Notes: generated from the sequence alone by a model not told the origin. Shown: positions 28,039 to 36,612, counted from the first letter of the stretch. The stretch is 64,000 bases of DNA from Candidatus Doudnabacteria bacterium (GCA_963840645.1 CAWIZL010000004.1:203470-267469); one strand, 5' to 3'. A program made the numbers and translations.

Positions 28039-28584
28039 ATGTCCACCTTTACCATTCCATTTCCAGAGTACGACATCGCCAACATCCTCCAGAAAGAATT
28101 TGCCAAGAAGGATAGCTTTTCAGTTGCTATACCACTGAGCCGCCAGCAGAAATTCTACGACCTGCTTCTGGTGAATGGGCAGACCAAAAAATCTGTGACT
28201 ATCCAAGTAAAAAGTTCGAGGACATGGTTGGGATTAGGTAAACAAGAATACCAGCATTACTCTTGGCTCAACCACTTTGACATCAAGGACAACTACAGCG
28301 ATTTTTATTTCGTCTACATGACATATCCGTTGCTAGATAAAAATTTCCACCCTGGAGCAAAGTGGGACAGAAAAATACTCGTCTTCAATCAAAAGGAGAT
28401 GCTGGAACTTCTCGGTAACGTAAAAACAAAAGCAGGTAAACAGGGACGCTTCTTCGGCTTCGGATTCAACAATAGAGACAACGAGATATACAGCACCCTC
28501 GGCTTTTCGCATCTAGGTTTACAAAATTTTTCAAAAAATCTCCTCAAGAACAAGCTCGCCGAGATAAAAAAGAAGCTGGTTTAA
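28039..28584 (+). CDS. PD-(D/E)xK-like nuclease-fold protein (tentative)
   Basis: YDLLLV ... VTIQVKSS resembles a D...(E/Q)xK restriction-endonuclease-like core. AT-richer than the flanks. TGTATAAT promoter at 28006..28013. Confidence 0.4.
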   Translation: MSTFTIPFPEYDIANILQKEFAKKDSFSVAIPLSRQQKFYDLLLVNGQTKKSVTIQVKSSRTWLGLGKQEYQHYSWLNHFDIKDNYSDFYFVYMTYPLLDKNFHPGAKWDRKILVFNQKEMLELLGNVKTKAGKQGRFFGFGFNNRDNEIYSTLGFSHLGLQNFSKNLLKNKLAEIKKKLV

Positions 28585-28592
28585 AAACTGCT

Positions 28593-30113
28593 ATGGAACA
28601 ACCACACGGCGTCATCTACTATCGCGTCTCGACCACAGAGCAGGCGGAGCACGGCTTCAGCCTGGAGAACCAGCGGGAGACGTGCCTGCGGTACGCCGAG
28701 CACCACGGCATCAAAATCGTCAAGCTGTTCTCCGACGACGGCGTGTCGGCCAAGACCGCCGACAGGGACGGGCTGCAGGCCATGCTGTCGTTCTGTGGCG
28801 ACAGGTCAAATAGCGTCAGCGTCGCCATCATCTACAAGGTGGACAGGCTGTCGCGCAACGTGCACGACTACGGAGGCATCGTCATGCTGCTCAGGAAGCA
28901 CGGCGTGCGGCTCGTCTCGGCCACGGAAGCCATTGATGAGACCCCGTTCGGCGTGGCCGTGGGCAACATCATGATAACGTTCTCCGAGTTTGACAACGCC
29001 GTGCGCAAGGAGCGCACCAAGGCGGGCATGGTGCAGTGCCTCAACTCTGGCAGGTTTCCGCACAGGGTAAAGATTGGCTACCTGAACGTGGTTGACCCGC
29101 ATGGAAACAAAAAAATAATTCTTGACCCAGAGCGTGCAGCTACGATTAAAAATATTCTCCAAGAGTTCTCGAAGGGCATCTACTTCCAAGAGGAGCTGCG
29201 GCAAAGGTTCAATGCCCAAGGCTTTCTCACGCGCGAGGGAAATCCCCTGTCCTTCCAGATGATGAACAAGATTCTGACGAGCAAGTTCTACTGCGGCACA
29301 ATGACCGTGAGTGGCATTGAGTACCAGGGCAGCCACGAGCCGCTGATTTCTGAAACAATCTTTCACAAGAACCAACAGCTACTGAGAAAGAAATCTACTG
29401 CGCCATCGCTGAGCACCACGTCTGAGTTTGCGCTCAGGAACTACGTCATCTGCGGCGACTGCTCGCGGCCGCTGACGGCTGGATTTTCAATTGGGCAGAA
29501 CGGCGGCAGGTATCCGTACTACCGCTGCTACAACCCAAAGTGCCCGTCACGAAAATCATACGCAAAGGGAAAGCTGGAGGCAGCATTCATAAAGCTGCTC
29601 CGAAGCGTTACCCCGACAGAGGAAAACATTGCCTCACTCAAAGAGGTCATCGTGAACCACTGGAACAAGCAGTACAAGAACCTGAACAAGAAAAATGAAC
29701 GGTTAGAGAAGCAGCTCGTTGAGCTTCAAGCTGAAAAGGCTCAGATCTTCAACATGGGCAAGAAGCAGCTCATCTCTGATGAAGACTTCAAGGAAGCGTT
29801 CGATACCGTAAAACAAAAAATAGCCGATTGCCAGCTTGCTCTCGCAGGAACGACGATTGAAGACTTTAACGTGAACGAGGCAGTAGACTTCGTGTTCGCC
29901 TTCGTGCGGCGCATTCCAGAGTACTGGGAGAAAGCTGACTACGCCAAGCGTGTAAAATTGCAGGGTTTGATTTTCGCCAAAAATCCCATCTTCCAAAAAA
30001 CAGAGTTTGCAACCCCAGTTCTGACCAATGTTTTCAAGGCAAAAGAGTTCATTTGCAATCAAAATTCAACGATGGTAGCGCTACGGGGAATCGAACCCCG
30101 ATTTAGTGGATGA
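28593..30113 (+). CDS. large serine recombinase (integrase); 3' end runs into the complement of tRNA-Glu
   Basis: Resolvase catalytic domain YYRVSTTEQ ... DRLSRN, a recombinase domain, zinc ribbon CGDC...C..PKC, and a coiled-coil region. The final residues VALRGIEPRFSG are encoded by tRNA antisense sequence. Confidence 0.9.
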   Translation: MEQPHGVIYYRVSTTEQAEHGFSLENQRETCLRYAEHHGIKIVKLFSDDGVSAKTADRDGLQAMLSFCGDRSNSVSVAIIYKVDRLSRNVHDYGGIVMLLRKHGVRLVSATEAIDETPFGVAVGNIMITFSEFDNAVRKERTKAGMVQCLNSGRFPHRVKIGYLNVVDPHGNKKIILDPERAATIKNILQEFSKGIYFQEELRQRFNAQGFLTREGNPLSFQMMNKILTSKFYCGTMTVSGIEYQGSHEPLISETIFHKNQQLLRKKSTAPSLSTTSEFALRNYVICGDCSRPLTAGFSIGQNGGRYPYYRCYNPKCPSRKSYAKGKLEAAFIKLLRSVTPTEENIASLKEVIVNHWNKQYKNLNKKNERLEKQLVELQAEKAQIFNMGKKQLISDEDFKEAFDTVKQKIADCQLALAGTTIEDFNVNEAVDFVFAFVRRIPEYWEKADYAKRVKLQGLIFAKNPIFQKTEFATPVLTNVFKAKEFICNQNSTMVALRGIEPRFSG

Positions 30114-30147
30114 GAACCACTTGTCCTAACCGTTAGACGATAGCGCC
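30073..30147 (-). tRNA. tRNA-Glu (anticodon CUC)
   Basis: Manual cloverleaf: acceptor GGCGCTA/TAGCGCT (G1-U72), D stem GTCT/GGAC, anticodon stem AGTGG/CCACT with loop TTCTCAT, T arm CGGGG-TTCGATT-CCCCG, encoded ACCA. Confidence 0.85.
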
Positions 30148-30213
30148 ATGATGGGTTCAGGGAGCATTGTAACAGAAATAGCTGCTGTAGACAAGCGAAC
30201 GGAGAACAAAAAA

Positions 30214-31491
30214 CTAGCTCTTCAGCCACTTGCCATACTGCCTGCACACCAACCACGCAGCCTGATCCGGATGCTGCATCACGGCAACAACAATCTTCTC
30301 CATGCGCGTACCTTGCGAACCTTTCACCAAAATCACGGTGCCAGGTTTGGCAAGCTCCCTGACCTTTTCAATTGCACCAGACGACTTTGCAAAGTGGAGA
30401 ATTCTGCCAGCTGGAAAACCGCCGCGCACAGCCGCATCAACAGCAATCCGCATGCGCTCCCCAACAGCCACAAAGTAGCCATCTTTCAAGTGCTCTACAA
30501 TGTACTCGCCCACTTCTGCGTGTGCAGCATCAGACAGTGGCCCAAGCTCGAGCATGTCACCGAGCACCGCAACCTTTTGCCCAAGAGGAAACTCTGCGAG
30601 CTCTTCAAGTGCTGCACGTGTAGATAGCGGCGCAGCGTTGTACGTGTCGTCTAAAACAATAGATCCGCGCACGCCGCCAAGCACGGTCAGCCTGCCCGGC
30701 TGCGCATGGTAAGACTGGACAGATTGAGCAGCACCGTCAAATGCAATTCCAGCTGCAATTCCAGCTGCAACACCTGCTGCGCACGCGTACACGTGTGGGG
30801 TACCAACAACGTTTGGCAGGCAAACCTCGCGCACAGCACCCGCGTGCTCTAACTGAAAAATGGTGCCGTAAACTTTTTTCTCTTCTAGGTAGGCTGTCCT
30901 TGGGTGTGCAATTCGCACGTCAGAACCAGCAGCTGTTCCGTACGTCACGCACCTGCCATGGAAATTTGGCACCAGGCTCGCCACGTTTGCATCATCTAAA
31001 TTTAGAACCGCAACGTTCCGCTCCCCAAAGTGTTTAAAAATTTTCGCCTTTTCTTTTAAAATCTGCTGCTCATCTTTGAAGTACTCTAGGTGCGACACGC
31101 CAACAGTCGTGAGCACGGCAACATCCGGGCTCACAATTTCCATGAGCCTATCCATGTCTCCAGGCCTATCAATGCCGAGCTCGAGCACGAGAGCCTCTGG
31201 GTAATCGCGCTGCGCACTCTGCGCCAAAAACCCTTTCCAAAAAACACCCAGCCACTTAAAAATATTTCTGCCTGGAGCCTCAACGCCAATGACCGTGAAT
31301 GGCAAGCCAAACTCATTGTTGTAGTTGCGAACGTTCGTGCGCGTGGCGTACCTTCCAGATAGCACCGCAAAAATAGCTTCCTTTGCGGAGCTCTTGCCAA
31401 TGCTGCCTGTCACGGCAACCACCATTGGCCTGTGCTGCTCTAAAATTTTCTTCGACGTAGCTGCGAGCCTGCTCTGTATGGTTTCCTTCAT
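30214..31491 (-). CDS. murF: UDP-N-acetylmuramoyl-tripeptide--D-alanyl-D-alanine ligase
   Basis: Mur ligase P-loop AVTGSIGKSSAKE, NNEFGLP and DDTYNA. Located at the end of the dcw block. Confidence 0.85.
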   Translation of the reverse strand: MKETIQSRLAATSKKILEQHRPMVVAVTGSIGKSSAKEAIFAVLSGRYATRTNVRNYNNEFGLPFTVIGVEAPGRNIFKWLGVFWKGFLAQSAQRDYPEALVLELGIDRPGDMDRLMEIVSPDVAVLTTVGVSHLEYFKDEQQILKEKAKIFKHFGERNVAVLNLDDANVASLVPNFHGRCVTYGTAAGSDVRIAHPRTAYLEEKKVYGTIFQLEHAGAVREVCLPNVVGTPHVYACAAGVAAGIAAGIAFDGAAQSVQSYHAQPGRLTVLGGVRGSIVLDDTYNAAPLSTRAALEELAEFPLGQKVAVLGDMLELGPLSDAAHAEVGEYIVEHLKDGYFVAVGERMRIAVDAAVRGGFPAGRILHFAKSSGAIEKVRELAKPGTVILVKGSQGTRMEKIVVAVMQHPDQAAWLVCRQYGKWLKS

Positions 31492-31496
31492 TCTTT

Positions 31497-33197
31497 CTAC
31501 CTAGTTGTCGGCACCTGGTAGTAGTTTAGAATGAACTTGGCTATTTGGCCAAATGCGGGTGCAGCTGTTGTTTCAGCAAACGCCACGTCGCGTGGGTTGT
31601 TGATGTTCACGATCATCACAAACTGCGGGTCATTCACAGGTCCGTAGCCAACGAACGACCCAATGTTGTCGTTTGCAATGTAACCCTTGCTGGTGGCAAC
31701 CTGGGCAGTGCCTGTCTTGCCGGCAATGTAGTAGCCCTTCACGCCAGCCTGTGCACCGTACCCGTGCTCAACGTCATCGACGAGCATGGAGGTCATGAGC
31801 TGCGAAGCGCTCGCAGAAATAATTTGACCGTCGCTCACGGGCTTTGCTGTGGTTCGCGCGCCGTCTGGCGCAATGGTGCTGTCTACGATGTACGGCTGCA
31901 TCATCACGCCGCCGTTCGCAATGGCCTGGTACGCCTGCAGCATCTGAATTGGCGTCACGGTAATGCCCTGGCCAAAAGAAGCTGTATCGTAGTTAATCTG
32001 CGCGGCGTTTGGCGTGAGGTTAGACAGGTCGCCAACTTCTTCTGGCAGCTCAATGTTCGTTGCCTGCCCAAAGCGGAACTTGTTCAGGTACGTAAGGAAC
32101 TGCGCGTTGCCGAGCAAGCCCTCGACGTACGCAGCGCCGGTATTCAAAGAGTGGTCAATGACCGCTGTCATGGTTGTGGTTGGCCCGAGGTCTGTCATTT
32201 CTGAGTTGTGAATTGTGTAGCCGCTCACCTTGAGCGACCCTGTGTTGTCGTACGTTGACTGCGGCGTAATTAAATTCTGGTCGAGTGCCGATGAGAGCGT
32301 GACAGCCTTCATGGTTGACCCTGGCTCGTACTCTTCGGTTGTTGCCTCGTTCTGGAACACTGACAAATCTGTAACCTGGTTGTACTGGTTTGGGTTGAAG
32401 CTCGGGTACGTTGCCATGGCAAGGATTGCACCTGTCTTGGGGTTAGCCACAATCACGTTGCCAGAGTCTGCGCCGTGCTGCTGCACAACCTGGCTCAAGA
32501 CTGTCTCAACCTCGTGCTGGATAGACCTGTCAACGGTGAGCAGGAGGCTGCTACCATCTACCACGCTCTGCGCGCTGTTGCCAGTGCCAGCCAACACAGG
32601 CTGCTCGTAGCGCTCGAGTCCATACAGCCCAACCTTTGTGGTGCCAGTAGCTGGGTACCCAACAAAGCCGAGAACCTGGCTCATGAAGTTGCCCTCTGGG
32701 TAGTAGCGCACCTCTTCTGGCTCCAAGAAGACGCCAGCAAGCTTTGCAGCTGTAACCGCGTTTGAGTCGGCAGTGCTCAGGTCACTGGCAATTGGCACGT
32801 ACGCGCGCTGCGGCGCTGTGAGCTTCTGTAAAATTGTGGGCTGGCTCAAGCCTGTGCCAGCTCCCAAAATTCCCACGAGCTGGGTGGCCTCTGTGTTTGG
32901 GTCAGTGACCTCTGTTGGCACAGCGTACACGGTGTCCTCAACCGTGTTCGTCGCAACTGGGTACGGCGTCGTGGAGTACTTGTCTGTAATGAAAATTTCT
33001 CCTCGCTGTGGCTGCACAACTGGAACGTACGACTGCTGGCTCTGGGCTTCAGCCAGGTAGTACGCGTGCTGCCCAATGGCGATCGAAAAAAGTTTGGCGA
33101 GCACGAGCACCGCAAAAATACAGACAGCTGATCCGTAGACCAGCAGCCTGAGGCCAAAGGCTCTCTCCTTGGAAGGTTTTCTGCTAGCGGATTGCAA
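31497..33197 (-). CDS. ftsI: penicillin-binding protein, transpeptidase (FtsI/PBP3-like)
   Basis: GSTMK (SxxK), HSLN (SxN) and KTGTAQ. N-terminal TM. Probable TTG start at 33197 after AGGAG; the long ORF to 33335 overlaps ftsL. Confidence 0.8.
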   Translation of the reverse strand: MQSASRKPSKERAFGLRLLVYGSAVCIFAVLVLAKLFSIAIGQHAYYLAEAQSQQSYVPVVQPQRGEIFITDKYSTTPYPVATNTVEDTVYAVPTEVTDPNTEATQLVGILGAGTGLSQPTILQKLTAPQRAYVPIASDLSTADSNAVTAAKLAGVFLEPEEVRYYPEGNFMSQVLGFVGYPATGTTKVGLYGLERYEQPVLAGTGNSAQSVVDGSSLLLTVDRSIQHEVETVLSQVVQQHGADSGNVIVANPKTGAILAMATYPSFNPNQYNQVTDLSVFQNEATTEEYEPGSTMKAVTLSSALDQNLITPQSTYDNTGSLKVSGYTIHNSEMTDLGPTTTMTAVIDHSLNTGAAYVEGLLGNAQFLTYLNKFRFGQATNIELPEEVGDLSNLTPNAAQINYDTASFGQGITVTPIQMLQAYQAIANGGVMMQPYIVDSTIAPDGARTTAKPVSDGQIISASASQLMTSMLVDDVEHGYGAQAGVKGYYIAGKTGTAQVATSKGYIANDNIGSFVGYGPVNDPQFVMIVNINNPRDVAFAETTAAPAFGQIAKFILNYYQVPTTR

Positions 33198-33558
33198 CTG
33201 CTCCTGTCTGAATGTACGTGATGGTATCAACTGGAACCATGGTCGCAACAGCTGGGTCTGACTCTGTGCGCTGGAGTGACTCGAGCTGCGCTGCCTGCAC
33301 CTCGAGCGACTGGTACTGGTTCTGCGCGCTGGCAATCTGCTGCTGCACGCTGCTGCTCACAAACCCAGACGTTGACGAGGTGTTAGCCTGGTAAACGTAC
33401 GAACAGATCGCGCCAACAATGCCGAGCGCAATGAGCGGGCCAGCAATGGCTGCAAGGTTGTAGCGTGCCTTGGTATCGTTTACCATTTTTTGCTTTGTCC
33501 TCTGCACGTGTGCCGAGTACTGTGGCACGAGCCGTGCTAGCGTAAAATTCTTTCCCAT
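33184..33558 (-). CDS. FtsL-like cell division protein (TM + coiled coil)
   Basis: Positioned between rsmH and ftsI. Single TM (LAAIAGPLIALGIVGAI) followed by a Q-rich coiled coil. Confidence 0.55.
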   Translation of the reverse strand: MGKNFTLARLVPQYSAHVQRTKQKMVNDTKARYNLAAIAGPLIALGIVGAICSYVYQANTSSTSGFVSSSVQQQIASAQNQYQSLEVQAAQLESLQRTESDPAVATMVPVDTITYIQTGAVAIR

Positions 33559-33559
33559 T

Positions 33560-34519
33560 TTATTTTTGTTTTTGGATTACCCTTAACTTTGCTGGTTTGC
33601 TGCGTGGGTTCTGAGCGACTTCTTCGGGTGACGCGGTCACAGGCTTCTTCGTGAGAATTTTTCCCTCAGGAACTTTGCCGCACCGACACTCTGGAAAATC
33701 TGGTGGGCAGGTGCACCCCTTTGCCTTTGCCAGAAAGAACTGCTTCACGATCCTATCTTCCAGTGAGTGGAAGCTGATGACTGCGAGGCGACCACCTGGC
33801 GCGAGCGCCTTGAACGCTTTTGGCAAAAAAGTGCTGAGGTTTTCTAATTCGCCGTTCACCTCAATGCGCACTGCCTGGAAAATCCTGCGCGCGCTGTCTG
33901 CGGCTTTGTACCGAATGCTGCCTGGCAAGCTGTGCTTGATGGCATCAAAGAGCTGGGCTGTTGTTGCAATGGTGCCAGTCTGGCGCTGCGCAACTATGCC
34001 TTTTGCAATTCGCGATGAGTGCCTGTCTTCAGCGTAAGCCCTGAAGATGTCCGCGAGGTGCTGCTCTGTGTACGTGTTCACAATGTGCGAGGCTGTCTGC
34101 TTTGCCGCTGGGTCAAAGCGCATGTCGAGAGGCTCGTCACGTTGGAACGTGAATCCCCTGTTTGACTGCTCGAGGTCAAAGCTCGAGATGCCGACATCAG
34201 CCAGGATCAGGTCAACACTCTTGGTGTCCACCTGGTCTAAGATGACGTCAATGTTTGCGTAGCTGCCTTGGATGAACTTGTGCTGGCTAGCAGGCTTTTC
34301 TTTTTTGAACAGAGCCTCTGCAGCTGCAACTGCAGCTGGGTCAAGGTCAATGCCAATGATCTTGCCTTGCCTGCCTAAGCGCTGTGCAATTTCCAGCGCG
34401 TGTCCGCCGCCGCCGAGCGTGGCGTCTACGGCAACCTCACCGCGCTTTGGTGCGAGCAACTCTACGACTTGTTTTGAAAGAACTGGTACGTGGATAAAAT
34501 TCTCGTGCTCGCCAGACAT
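33560..34519 (-). CDS. rsmH: 16S rRNA (cytosine1402-N4)-methyltransferase
   Basis: HVPVL ... VDATLGGGGHA ... DLGISS-like ADVGISSFDLE, typical of MraW/RsmH. Confidence 0.9.
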   Translation of the reverse strand: MSGEHENFIHVPVLSKQVVELLAPKRGEVAVDATLGGGGHALEIAQRLGRQGKIIGIDLDPAAVAAAEALFKKEKPASQHKFIQGSYANIDVILDQVDTKSVDLILADVGISSFDLEQSNRGFTFQRDEPLDMRFDPAAKQTASHIVNTYTEQHLADIFRAYAEDRHSSRIAKGIVAQRQTGTIATTAQLFDAIKHSLPGSIRYKAADSARRIFQAVRIEVNGELENLSTFLPKAFKALAPGGRLAVISFHSLEDRIVKQFFLAKAKGCTCPPDFPECRCGKVPEGKILTKKPVTASPEEVAQNPRSKPAKLRVIQKQK

Positions 34520-34951
34520 TTAAACGCCGATCTCCCCGAGCTGCTCTGCGATCTTCGTGCTGTCCTTCTCAGTTGCGCGCTTGTACTTCTGCCAGCCCTC
34601 ATCGCTCCAAATTTCCATGCGGTTGTACATTCCCGCAACAACCACGCGCTTCTTGATCTTGGCAAACTCTCGCAGGTAGTCTGGCACGATGATGCGGCCA
34701 GAGCTGTCCATTTCGCAGTCCATTGCGCCTGCGAGCATGAGGCGCGAGAACGCGCGCGAGTTTGCCTTCGAGATAGGCAGGCTCGCAAGCTTCTGGGCCA
34801 GCTTTTCCCACTCTGGCATTGAGTACAGGAACAGCGAGCTGTCGAGGCCGCGCGTGACCACTGCCTTGCCCTTCAGGTCGCCACGAAACTTTACCGGCAC
34901 AGAGAGCCGACCTTTGTCATCGATGGTTAAACTGTACTCGCCGATGAACAT
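34520..34951 (-). CDS. mraZ: transcriptional regulator MraZ
   Basis: MFIGEYSLTIDDKGRLSVPVKFR and a second SpoVT-AbrB repeat DSSGRIIVP. Confidence 0.9.
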   Translation of the reverse strand: MFIGEYSLTIDDKGRLSVPVKFRGDLKGKAVVTRGLDSSLFLYSMPEWEKLAQKLASLPISKANSRAFSRLMLAGAMDCEMDSSGRIIVPDYLREFAKIKKRVVVAGMYNRMEIWSDEGWQKYKRATEKDSTKIAEQLGEIGV

Positions 34952-34997
34952 GCAGCGTGTGCCTTAAAGTTCTAGCGTAAACCCACAAATAGCAGTT

Positions 34998-35028
34998 GTC
35001 CACTTATCCCCACTTTATACCACTTTCT
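34998..35028 (-). promoter_or_regulatory. three direct AAGTGG repeats at 10-nt period upstream of mraZ (MraZ operator-like)
   Basis: The minus strand reads AAGTGGTATA AAGTGGGGAT AAGTGGACAA. Confidence 0.5.
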
Positions 35029-35120
35029 GCCATTTGATTTAATTGTACTCCACACTTCCCCATGGGTCAAAAGAACGGCTCTGACCACAACATGTAGTGG
35101 CAAAATTTTTATGCCAAAGA

Positions 35121-35146
35121 AAAAACCCGCAGCTGCGGGTTTTTTA
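35121..35146. terminator. bidirectional hairpin terminator
   Basis: AAAAAACCCGCAGCTGCGGGTTTTTT. Confidence 0.6.
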
Positions 35147-35274
35147 AAACACGCACAAGTGGAAATTTTTAAGCACCACTAAGAGTTATCCACAACTTTT
35201 CGCACGAGTATCCCTTGACAACAAGTAATTAATGAATTACTATGTAACAAAGAAGTAATAATTATACTAATTAT

Positions 35275-35439
35275 ATGGAATTAAAAAAATCTAGCAGAAA
35301 AGAAATTGGTACTTTTTTCTGGGTACTGCTGCTTTTTGGCATACTACTGGGTAAATTTTTGATTGGTGGCATATTAATTATTTTAAGCATCATTCCTGGA
35401 ATAATTTGGATTTATAGAAAAACCAAGAAAATTCATTAA
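35275..35439 (+). CDS. small membrane protein (54 aa) in an AT-rich segment
   Basis: MELKKSSRKEIGTFFWVLLLFGILLGKFLIGGILIILSIIPGIIWIYRKTKKIH. Below the ORF-track cut-off. Lies 6 nt upstream of the transposase gene. Confidence 0.4.
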   Translation: MELKKSSRKEIGTFFWVLLLFGILLGKFLIGGILIILSIIPGIIWIYRKTKKIH

Positions 35440-35445
35440 TTAGCC

Positions 35446-36312
35446 ATGAAATACACAATCAGAGACTTCAAAAAGGACTTCCCAGACGATGAGGCTTGCC
35501 TAGCCTACATCTTCCAGAACCGCTACGGCAGCTCCTACGCCTGCCCGAAGTGCGCCAAGGTATCTTGGCACAAGGTATCTGGTAGAAAGGTGTGGGCGTG
35601 CGCGTGGTGCGGGCAGCAGGTACACCCTCTGGCTAGCACAATCTTCCATAAGTCAGACACGCCGCTCTCGCTGTGGTTCTTCGCCATCTACAAGTTCGCC
35701 AACTCTAGGAACGGCGTATCGGCTAAGGAGCTTGAGCGTGATTTAGGCGTTACCTACAAGACGGCGTGGCGAATGGCAAAGCAGATACGCTCCCTATTCG
35801 ACACCGACGGCTACAGGCTCGGTGGCAACGGAACGATTGTAGAGGTTGATGAAGCCTTTATGTCTAAAATTCAAGACCAAGCGCACAGGAGAGGCACGCC
35901 AAAGGCAATTGGGCTGGTGGAGCGCGGCGGAGCTGCAAAGGCTGTCGCCGTAGACAACGTGCGCAAGTTGAACACGATACCCCTAATCAACCACGAAGTT
36001 GAAAAGGGCAGCCAAATCTTTACAGACAGGGCTGCGCTCTACAGGGCAAAGAATTTAGAGGGCTACGGGCACGAGGCGGTGAACCACTCGGCTGGCGAGT
36101 ACTCTTTTGGCGGTGTGCATATAAACAACGTCGAAGCCTTGTTCAGCCAGATCAAGCGTTCAATTGACGGGACGTACCACCGTATCTCGCGGAAGTACCT
36201 ACAGGCTTACCTAGACGAGTTCGCGTGGAAGCTGACCCACGGGCGGAACGGGCAGGCTCTGTTCCCTTTGCTGCTACAGGAGCTTTGCCAGCCGCGAGCT
36301 TTAGAAGTTTAA
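35446..36312 (+). CDS. IS1595-family (ISXO2-like) DDE transposase with N-terminal zinc ribbon
   Basis: CPKC...CAWCG zinc ribbon. GVSAKELERDLGVTYKTAWRMAKQIR (HTH). IVEVDEAF and IFTDRAALY DDE-region motifs. Confidence 0.8.
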   Translation: MKYTIRDFKKDFPDDEACLAYIFQNRYGSSYACPKCAKVSWHKVSGRKVWACAWCGQQVHPLASTIFHKSDTPLSLWFFAIYKFANSRNGVSAKELERDLGVTYKTAWRMAKQIRSLFDTDGYRLGGNGTIVEVDEAFMSKIQDQAHRRGTPKAIGLVERGGAAKAVAVDNVRKLNTIPLINHEVEKGSQIFTDRAALYRAKNLEGYGHEAVNHSAGEYSFGGVHINNVEALFSQIKRSIDGTYHRISRKYLQAYLDEFAWKLTHGRNGQALFPLLLQELCQPRALEV

Positions 36313-36447
36313 AGAATTGAATTTTATCCACAGGGTGTTTGCTTGAACTTAATTCTTTTTTCATGTATTGTGATTGTAACAGGTAATTAATACCTGGTAA
36401 ACAATTTGAACTCCGTTCATACCGGAGCAGCCAGAAGCTCACTCGAG

Positions 36448-36564
36448 CAAAACTGTTTAGTAGCGGGTACTCTAGTGGAATAGCGATATTCCCTGAGGGT
36501 ATGAAACTTAGGGCATAAAAGACTTGGCTTTTATTCCCTAGAGTCCTGGCTAGTGAACAGTTTT
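36448..36564 (+). other. unassigned structured RNA-like region upstream of tRNA-Ser
   Basis: Long hairpin AAAACTGTTTAGTAGCGGGTACTCTAG ... CTAGAGTCCTGGCTAGTGAACAGTTTT enclosing three smaller hairpins (GGAATA/TATTCC, CCC-TGA-GGG, GGGCATAAAAG/CTTTTATTCCC). Confidence 0.35.
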
Positions 36565-36612
36565 ATTTCAGACAAAATAAAAGGCTCTCTTCGAGGGCTG
36601 AGATAGTACGTG

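Noticed and set aside
34990-36332. DnaA boxes / oriC (TTATCCACA at 35184 and 36324; TTGTCCACT, TTATCCCCA near 35000; TTATCCAAC/TTATCCACC upstream of dnaB at 43226/43277)
   Set aside because: There is no dnaA/dnaN context. The cluster next to mraZ is better explained as MraZ boxes. The remaining boxes are too few and dispersed to call an origin without skew analysis.
35184-36332. TTATCCACA pair as the 8-bp target duplication of the IS1595 element
   Set aside because: The implied right end would lie only 11 nt after the transposase stop, and the implied ends show no inverted-repeat similarity.
36400-36440. SRP (4.5S) RNA, suggested by CCGGAGCAGCCAG resembling the conserved GGAAGCAGCCA of helix 8
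   Set aside because: The motif is not at the apex of a long hairpin. The loop is a heptaloop rather than GNRA. The 5' strand lacks the matching symmetric-loop sequence.
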